Shown here one piece after another: positions 54,801-64,000 of a DNA stretch of 64,000 nt. Both the position numbers and the translations under genes were made by a program. The notes under the pieces were generated by a model, which was given only the letters and a program-made list of their open reading frames with translations, was not told where the DNA came from and did no database searches. The first letter of the stretch is position 1. Each line of letters starts with the position of its first letter. Origin of the DNA: Octopus sinensis (taxonomy: Eukaryota); NCBI RefSeq assembly GCF_006345805.1, contig NC_042999.1, positions 47,058,001 to 47,122,000 on the forward strand. The letters run 5' to 3'.

Positions 54801-55001
54801 TATATACATACGTATGTGTGCATTTTTATGTATGTATACTTATTACATGCATATACACATATATTTTATACAGGTACATGTACACACGAATATAATATAT
54901 ATATATTGGTAAAAACGGTAAGATAACAAAAGAAAGAAAGATACCTCAATATTACGTAAATATTGGGATTTATCTGTAAAATAATGTGACAATTATTTTA
55001 C

Positions 55002-55053
<52 letters not shown>

Positions 55054-55304
55054 ATGTGTGTGAGTGTGTGTGTTGTGTGTGTGTGTGTAAATTTACATAC
55101 AGACAATATTTGTAAATATGTTTGTTATATGCCTCTTTGTTTTGCAGATATTCGACTGTATGTGATCAGATGAGTGTCCTGTAAATCAATCCAAAAGCTG
55201 GGAGTGATATTCTTTCATTTTCATGAATTACGTATGAAAAAAATGCACTTTGTAATCATATAATCTAATGCACATTTGACAGTATTTAATATTATATATA
55301 TATA

Positions 55305-55693
55305 TTCATTCATAGAGCACTCCGTCGGTTACGACGATGAAGGTCCCAGCTGATACGATCAACGGAACAGCTTGCTCGTGGAATTAACGTGCAAGTGGCT
55401 GAGCACTCCACAGACACGTGTACCCTTAACGTAGTTCTCGAGAAGATTCAGCGTGACACAGAATGTGACAAGGCTAGCCCTTTGAAATACAGGTACAACA
55501 GAAACAGGAAGAAAGAGTGAGAGAAATTTGTGGTGAAAGAGTACAGCAGGGTTCACCAGCACCCCCTGCAGGAGCCTTGTGAAGCTTTAGGTGTTTTCGC
55601 TCAATAAACACTCACAATGCCCGGTCTGGGAATCGAAACCGCGATCCTACGACCGCAAGTCCGCTGCCATAACCACTGGGCCATTGCGCCTCC
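55305..55693 (-). mobile_element. Near-complete S3 SINE with (TGAA)n end
   Basis: Head ggaggcgcaatggcccagtggtt...ggtttcgattcccagacc; ends ggagtgctctatgaatgaa. Confidence 0.9.
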
Positions 55694-55778
55694 ACATATT
55701 TATTCATATACACATGTATACATACAGGTACACATACATATATACAGAGACATACAGGAAGGCGCATGCAGACAGACA

Positions 55779-55826
<48 letters not shown>

Positions 55827-55827
55827 C

Positions 55828-55922
<95 letters not shown>

Positions 55923-56149
55923 AATGCATCTGTTTTTACAACTAGTATAATATTAGGAGGCCTCATATAATGTGTCTTGGCTTTTTCATTTGTGCAAAAG
56001 CAGTTAGATACAACCTATCGTGGCCCATACAAATATACACCCAGATATGCATGCGAACACACGTAGTGTGCGAACACAGGAAGTACGACTTAGATGTAGA
56101 AGTGATCCTTTAAGCATTAAGATTTGCATTATATGTTTTAATTACTGAC

Positions 56150-56259
56150 CTGTTATAGAGTACAATATCCGGTAACCATATTTTCTCACATGGTATGCGA
56201 ACTTTTTCCAGACCATTATAATCCTCTGGTTTCCATCTTAACCGCTCATCGTTCCATTC
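56150..56259 (-). CDS. nAChR alpha subunit, 110-nt exon (loop A region)
   Basis: actattttcag|GAA TGG...TAT AAC AG|gtcagt; encodes [36 protein letters not shown](S). Too short for the ORF track. Confidence 0.97.
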
Positions 56260-56500
56260 CTGAAAATAGTAATTGCATAATGAATTTAGAAATCTGTCTC
56301 ACTTTGAAATAAGTTGAACATATTAGAAATATTTCAAAATAAATGGTACTTTGAAATTGTTGATATTTGTTAGATTCACCTAAAATGAATTTCGATATTG
56401 CACTATCTTTTACGTTTTTGCTTCGTTATCTGCATTGTGATTTTTCAGAGTACAGCTAATTTTTTTGTTTCTACGTTTACTGACTGAGAATTTCTACACA

Positions 56501-56703
56501 CTTTTTACTCGTTTGAGTCATTTGACAGCGGCCATGCTGGAGCACCGCCATCGTCGAAGAAGTCGATCCCGGGTCTTATTCTTTGTAATCCGAGTACTTA
56601 TTTTATCAGTCTTTTTTGCCAAACCGCAAAGTTGCGGGGATTTAACACAACAGCATCGGTTGTGAAGCGATGTTGAGGAACAAACACAGACACACAAACA
56701 TGT

Positions 56704-56745
<42 letters not shown>

Positions 56746-56764
56746 GTATGCATTTATATATATA

Positions 56765-56835
<71 letters not shown>

Positions 56836-56999
56836 TACGACTGGCTTCTTTCCGTTTCCGTCTACTAAATCCACACACAAGGCTTTGGTCGGCCTGAGGC
56901 TATAGTAGAAGACACTTGCTCAAGGTGCTACGCATTGGGGACTGAACCCGGAACCATGTGGGTGGTAAGCAAGCTACTTACCACGCAGCCGCCTCTGCG
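56501..56999 (-). mobile_element. Complete S2 SINE with long (TA)n linker
   Basis: Head at about 56999, tail at about 56501. Confidence 0.9.
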
Positions 57000-57084
57000 A
57001 CAAGAGAACTTCAGTAAAATATCAGTATCTGCATGCATATCTACATTATACGATGCATGAATTTCTTTCAAAAATAGATATTAC

Positions 57085-57265
57085 TATTGATTTCGAATTT
57101 TGGCACAGAGTCTGCAATTTCGGTGGGGTGTGAATAAGTCGACATATTCCAGTACTTTACTTTTTCGACCCCGAAAGGATGAATGGTAGTGTCGACATCA
57201 GCGGAATTTCAACTCAGAAGGTAAAGAAAGAAATGCCACTAAAACCTTTCCCGACATGCAATTGG
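57085..57265 (-). mobile_element. Old S1 SINE
   Basis: tttcgaccccgaaaggatgaatggtagtgtcgacatcagcggaatttcaactcagaag. Confidence 0.75.
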
Positions 57266-58709
57266 TTCTATCATATAACGTACTTTAGTACGATATTGAT
57301 ATTCAAACATCCTGTTTCTTTTTATTGAAATCATCGATTTTAAATAAAAGCAACTATTAGTTTCCATTTTATCTCTCGTGAAAATTTTACATTACATATT
57401 AGAGATGTAGATATTACTAGATATATTCCGGTCATGAAATAAAATTCACGTAAATTCATTCCCAATCATGTGCTCTAAATTGAAAAATAAAGAATGCCAG
57501 TTCGATATAAAATCGTTGGAATTTTACTCATTAAAGAAAAAGCGTTGGAGGAAATTAATTACTTGCAAAGATAAATTGTATTCAGAACGTAATTTGTTTT
57601 AGAAATCATAGTTTCAGGTATGATAAGAACGTGTATATAATGTATGAAACGGTTTAACACAGACACACACATTACTGGTAGCAACAAATATTCCAATAAG
57701 ACCTAACTTTTTACACTTCGCGTTATTTAAAATAATTAGCATAAAAATATCTAAATAAAGCAAAACACTCTCGATCTCAGGGACTGAGATTGCGATATAA
57801 TTATGTTTGGTTGAACAGATATTCTACACGAATAAATTATGTAGGCATTCCAGATTACCCTATGTGATATATTGTTTGATCTAGGGAATGATGTGAACCT
57901 ATGCAGTATATATAATGCTAAATACTACATAACTTATGCAACCCTCTCAACTATATTTTACTCAGATAGCTATGTAATAATATAATTTCATACATGTAGA
58001 GAATTGAATCCTGAATAATGGAATCGTTATCAAACAGTATACATAGTACGTGGAAAAATATTTCCATAAACATATCATACGAAACTGTTCATGTATTTTG
58101 AATTGTAGTAATATCTTTTTTTCAGGAATGCAATGATTTTATTAATGTAACTTTCTAAATCATTAAATTTTAATTTTGTATGTTAGTCAGTCAATTTTTT
58201 AAATTCAAAATAGCAAATATTTTATTTAAATGAAATTGTAAGAATTTTTTTTAGTAACTCATGATTTTTTTTTCAGGTACTTCATGTAAAATATTTTAAA
58301 ATGTAATTCAAATTCAGAAGAAAATAAAGCAATACAGTCATGCATAGAATAAAATATAACGTTAAACATTTTTTTATTTCGATTTTCTTGATCTTTGAAA
58401 TTAATAATTTTATCATTTATATAATAGCACATCAACTTAAAATTAAGATCTGCATCTTTACTGAAAACTGTTATGGACGATAACATTTATGAAATACATT
58501 TACTGAATAAAAAAACGTATCTCCCTCATATTTCAAACTGTAATTATACTATAGCATTTTGATAGGATTATTTTGTAAATGAATAATGAAGGCAGAAAAT
58601 ATTTTGATAAATATTATAAATATTCAATATCTGATCTGCATGTCAGTCTTGCGTTATTAAGACGATATTACATAGATAATATCTGCAAAGTTACTGTGTT
58701 GCAATATTG

Positions 58710-58917
58710 TAATAATTATTTCTACAACAGGTAATTTCGGAGAGGTGGGGACGGGGTAACTTCTTTACAGCAACCCCAGTTGTTGTCTGGGACTTATCTT
58801 ATCAAACTCAAAAGGTGAAGTCGACTCCTGTATGATTGGCACTCGGAACATAAATCTCGGAGAATCACCGTTAGCATTGTGTCCAACGCGGTAACGATTC
58901 GCCCAGCTCTCCGCCCT
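58710..58917 (-). mobile_element. Old S1 SINE with apparent target-site duplication
   Basis: Degenerate S1 core; gcaatattg(t/c)aat on both sides. Confidence 0.6.
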
Positions 58918-59268
58918 AGCAATATTGCAATGATTTAAAAGAAAATATCCAGCTTGCTTTATATTAGACAAAAAGGATTTAATGATTCAACATATTTATT
59001 GCAAAACAGTATTTGATACTTTTATGGAATTAAGTCAGCAAGAAATGATTGAATCATGAAATCTAGTAATACAAATGTTCATTTTAATATCTCCGAGACT
59101 AAGCGTCACCAATGCACGTAGTTCGTTCGAAAATTTAGTGAAAATACAGGCATATATATGTGTGTACATGCGTGTGCGCGCTCACACGGGCGCGCGTATA
59201 TACATATATAATTAAATAAATATATAAGTAAATATTTACGTATATATACACACACACACACACACACG

Positions 59269-59350
<82 letters not shown>

Positions 59351-59654
59351 CGTCACCCTTTTCAAGCCTAGCCATGTGCATGACCCCGGTTTCTGTGGCG
59401 TATGTGTTCTCCCCAGCTGGACGGGATGCCAGCCCATCGCAGCGTTACTCAAGAAACAGGAAGAGAGAGTGAGAACAAGTTGTGTCGAAAGAGTATAACG
59501 TACAACACGGGTCGCCATCCCCTCCCCTGCGGAGCCTCGTGGAGCTTTTAGGTGTTTTCGCCCAATAATCATACACAGCGCCCTGTCTGGGAATGGAAAC
59601 CGTGATACTCCGACCGCGAGTTCGCTGCCCTAACCACTGGGCCATTGCGCCTCC
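59351..59654 (-). mobile_element. S3 SINE, 3'-truncated at (TA)n
   Basis: Head ggaggcgcaatggcccagtggttagggcagcg. Confidence 0.85.
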
Positions 59655-60209
59655 ACAAACACACACACACACATATATATACCTACCACCTACTGACAAT
59701 CTGCTCATTTTCTCATGTACTCATTATATTTGATATTCTGTTCTACTAATAAATGTGCATGTATTCATCTAATACATTTATTACTATAATTCTATTTACC
59801 TACTCTACCTTATCTCGAACCAACCCACAAATCCCTAGCCCCAACGCATAAAAATACAAATCATAGTATCTGTCAGCCTGCTATAATTAATCCATAAAAA
59901 AACGTATAACACCTCAAAGTGTATATTTTCCCCTCTGAAGATATTACGCTCGGAAATATGAACATAATATTTCATTAATTCCCTGATTATAATTGAAACA
60001 GTTGTAAGGGGTAATGTTCGATTTGTTCTTGATAATAAACTCTTATCAACTTCACAATCTCAATTTTGTTCTTCCTTTATTTGAAAATAAACTATAGGTT
60101 TTTATATGCAAACCCACTATTTTAAAGAAATCAATTCCCCACCAAATATTTGGTATTGAACCAAAATTTCCTTGGATGACACCAATCCTTCATGAAGCTA
60201 ACATAACCG

Positions 60210-60273
<64 letters not shown>

Positions 60274-60276
<3 letters not shown>

Positions 60277-60492
60277 AACTTATAAATAAGGGCAAACGTA
60301 AAAATTTCTAATTACGAACTAACCCTGAAATCGGTCCGATATGGTAATAATGGAATTTTTTAGAAATTTATGTCGGCTTTTTTTCGAGTACCGTGCGTAT
60401 TGTGAAAAATTATATGGTAATGGACAATACGTCTAATTTTCGGTATATTTGGCATTAGAAATTTTTTCGTTTGCCCTTATTTGTAAGTTGTT
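60274..60492. mobile_element. 219-bp MITE with 39-bp TIRs, TA-flanked
   Basis: 60274-60312 versus reverse complement of 60454-60492: aacaactta[t/c]aaataagggcaaacg[t/a]aaaaatttctaat, 2 mismatches. Confidence 0.9.
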
Positions 60493-61259
60493 TATAATTT
60501 TAACCTTTAAAGGTATTTTTTAATATGCTGGCCATTGATGAAAAATTTTTTCGAGAAAAATCTTATCCTATATTAAATATATATACGTATATGTATGTGT
60601 GTGTGTGTGCATGTATTTTTGTATGTATGTGTGTGTTTGTGTCTTTGTGTATGTATGCGTATATAAGTATGCATACACACACACGCGTGCCTGTAGTGTA
60701 CACGCAATTTTGATCTGGAAAGCATTTTGCAATTTGAAAGTTGTTAAAAGATAACTAATTAAAATTTTGAAGTTTTCTAAAATCGTAACATATTTTATGC
60801 TTCGCACTAGAGTGTTAAGTTCATTATTATGGTCTTATTATTAACATGAAGAGTTATTTTAATTGCATTAATTAGGGTATAATGCCTCAGTTATCACCCA
60901 CTACGAATTTTGTGAAAATAATATTCAATTAAATTAGCTACATTTTATCAGCTGTGTCATACCGGAAATTTTATACGATGCACTGGATCATTCGATATTT
61001 TTCCCTAAAATGTCCATGGTATGCCATAATGTATTTTGTGATAAAGTTTATTAATTACTAATGAAAACAGTGTATAATAATTTACAAGTATTGATTAAGA
61101 AATATGTGATGTCTGTGTGTATGCGTGCGTGTGTTAAATAGGTTAGGGCTGGGAGTTAGTTGTAGTTTTAGTAATGTTTTTTTGTAAGTGATTGCGGTGA
61201 TATGAAGTCATGTGCAGTTGGGATGGGTTATAAATCAATCGATTTACACGTTTTGCCAC

Positions 61260-61440
61260 TCCATTTTTTCAGTCTCTTCATCTGTTTTCTCTCCTCATTT
61301 CTTTCTTCAGAAGCGTTTAAGTGGCTTGAAACGAAAAAAGGTTTCCTCCATATTTCCTGAGCGTACAACTAATGCACATTTTTGTTGTTCTGTCACCTGC
61401 GCCTGTCTTGTTTGATTTTGCATAATTTTTAACTACCTAC
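61260..61440 (+). mobile_element. Degenerate relative of hammerhead family B
   Basis: ggcttGAAACGAAAAAAGg...ttcctgagcgtacaactaatgc, same layout as 31755-31948; the CUGA core is not recognisable. Confidence 0.4.
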
Positions 61441-61459
61441 CTTCTTCCAACCAACCAAC

Positions 61460-61590
61460 CAACCTACCTACCTACCTACCTACCTACCTACCTGCCTACC
61501 TACCTGCCTACCTACCTACCTACCTACCTACCTACCTACCTACCTATCTACCTACCTACCTACCTACCTGCATACCTACATACCTACCTA
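61460..61590. repeat. (CCTA)n microsatellite
   Basis: Direct reading. Confidence 0.95.
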
Positions 61591-61698
61591 CACAATTACA
61601 TATAACTTATTATGTATGTATATATCAACTATCTATCTATCTATGTAACTATCTATGTATCTGTATTACTCTTAATCTCCTTGCATATATATATAAAT

Positions 61699-61741
<43 letters not shown>

Positions 61742-63645
61742 GTGGGTCTGTTTGAGTGCGTGCGTGTATGTATACATGTATATATATATATGTGTGTGTG
61801 CGCATGCGTGTGTGTGTGTGTGTACGTACGTATACATGTATACGTGTGTGTGTATACTGTACTGTTCTGTGATGGTAAGATCAACAAAAAAGTACTCCAT
61901 CTGGTAAGAGATAAATATTATATACTACAGACAATATACGTTTTTATGTACCACTATTTGTTTGATGTCCTGAGAACATTGGAGATATTGTGTTATAACA
62001 CGTATGGTATCCCAGCATAATCGTTAGACACTACCCACATGGGTGTCTATATATAAATGTGTGTATATATAAATGTATCTACATGTATGTATATATGCAT
62101 ATATTGACAGACATATAGAAAGAAGAAGGAAATCCATAAATAGTTACACAAGTGTAGTACAGATATAATAGTTTTAATATTTTCCTCACTTTTACTAGAT
62201 ATGTATCAGTTGATAACTCGCTACCGAGACTGCAACTTCTACAAAAACTATGGTAAACACAACAGACATACCTTCAACGCGGGGTTACGGACGTGCTAGA
62301 TTTAGCAAACAAAACCCTATGAAATCGCTAAGGATTAGTATTTATTGATACTTAGAGCGAGAAAAAGACGGACTCTAACCTTTGGAACACATTTGATCTT
62401 ATATCTCGGCAGGCAAATTTTGCTTGTCTACGAAGACACAGCAACGGAAGAAACAATAAACGAAAGACAATGAAGAAAATATAGCAGGAAATCTGAATGC
62501 TCAAAATAGGGTAAACGGGAAGATATTAATTTACAATAATAACTAGATAGCAATGAATAGGTTATCTATTTACTCAAAACGTACTTTACTTTCTTTGCAA
62601 TTGAACATCAATCTTATTTACGGTACTATATTCATATAAGTATGTTCGGAAAATTTCATACGTATCTACTGATAACATTCTCATTATAACAGATTTTATA
62701 GTTTCCTTTTCCTTAAATCAAAAACTCATTTCTTTATTTATTGCTTGTTATGTAAGATTTCTTTTTTTTCTTTTTTGACGTGGATGTTTTCAAGAAAGGG
62801 ATGGAAGGTCAAAATTGTATTATCTGCTTTCGGACGATTTATATTCACTAATATATTTGCCATACAGAATCACTTTTACATCCATAGGTATATTTTTGCA
62901 CGTAAATGGTACCCATGTAACTCTATTGACATTCGTAAACTTCCAAACAGAAATGCAGTCAGAAGAAGACAGAAAATCGATTAATTTCGCCTTGGTTTTT
63001 TCTAAAGATAGTGTTTGCTGTAAAATGTACAGATGCGATAATCATTAGATCAAAGCAACGAAGCGATTATTGTCGACTAAATTTCTATACATATGTTAAT
63101 GATCTAATAATTCGAGAATCTTTTAACGCATGAATATTTGTAGACTATGGATATATGGAACACTACAGTGATATTTGTATAATTTACATTTGTTACACAA
63201 TACCACATATGTAATGCAAATTACGTATTTCATATATGTTTGAATATAGCTTTGCGCATGTATGTGCACATGTGTTCCTTTGCTTGTGTTTGGATCTCTG
63301 TGTGCTTGTGTGCATATATGCACATGTATTGCGTTATATTACATCATGGTGTACAAAAGACACTAAAATTATCTAGTTGTCAATCTTTTTACCCTGATGA
63401 AAGTTGGCTTCACGGTAATGCATCCATCTCAGGCTGCTTATCTTTGACATTTTGCTCACTCCATCAGCTAACGTTACAAGTATTACGTAATTCGTAATTC
63501 TCAAACCCAGAAACAGCTGTCGGACCTCATTTACCACGCCCTTTCCTCTTAGCTTTCTTTATTTTTGTACTCCGCGTAAATATATAAATACCTATAACAT
63601 TATACATGTGTGTTTTTTCAGTGAGAGTTGTCAGAGTTTGTTTCA

Positions 63646-63687
<42 letters not shown>

Positions 63688-64000
63688 CTTTAAATATTTA
63701 CTTGCACATATGCATACATGTATATTTTATATTTCAAGTTCAAACGTGTTTATTTGCAACACTATCTCTATATCAACTGGTCTGGATTCATATCAGAGCC
63801 GCTCTTTAACCCCTCGGACTTAGTCCACAATAAAGATCATGGAGTGTCAGTTCAACCCATTTGAGCATTACTACGTGTTTTATACATTGAGCATCCCTGG
63901 ATCTCACCTGCAAACATTATACATACATGCGTGTGTGCATATGTGCGAGCGTATGTGCATGTGTGTGTGTGAGTGTATGTCTGTATGTATATATGTGTGT

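Noticed and set aside
56260-64000. Expected upstream ~45-nt DEKNQ-type nAChR exon
   Set aside because: Not found by manual scan; probably beyond the window, though a divergent short exon could have been missed.

Overview
AT-rich, microsatellite-dense animal genomic DNA, most likely an octopus or other coleoid cephalopod (inferred from repeat style and tRNA-derived SINE families, not from a database search). The only host gene I can support is a nicotinic acetylcholine receptor alpha subunit on the minus strand. It shows two coding exons (56150-56259, 110 nt; 3712-4247, 536 nt) joined in frame across a 51,902-bp intron; the other exons lie outside the window or were not found. It keeps the Cys-loop, vicinal cysteines and cation-type GEK filter, and looks alpha9/alpha10-like. 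The intron holds decayed mobile DNA: R4/Dong-type, RTE and I-type LINE pieces, three mariner elements, a DD37D element, a hAT remnant, a TA-flanked MITE, many SINE copies and Penelope-like element (PLE) remnants. The most interesting signal is a set of short, mostly (TA)n-associated elements carrying minimal type I hammerhead ribozyme motifs from several unrelated families. These include a near-canonical copy (45731-45773), a U3-A8 compensatory variant (30166-30207) and an intact copy in the receptor's sense orientation (26832-26866). Also notable are a ~305-bp inverted duplication (39229-41820) and a 2.7-kb strand-skewed tandem array that seems to derive from a PLE. All alignments, folds and counts were done by eye.
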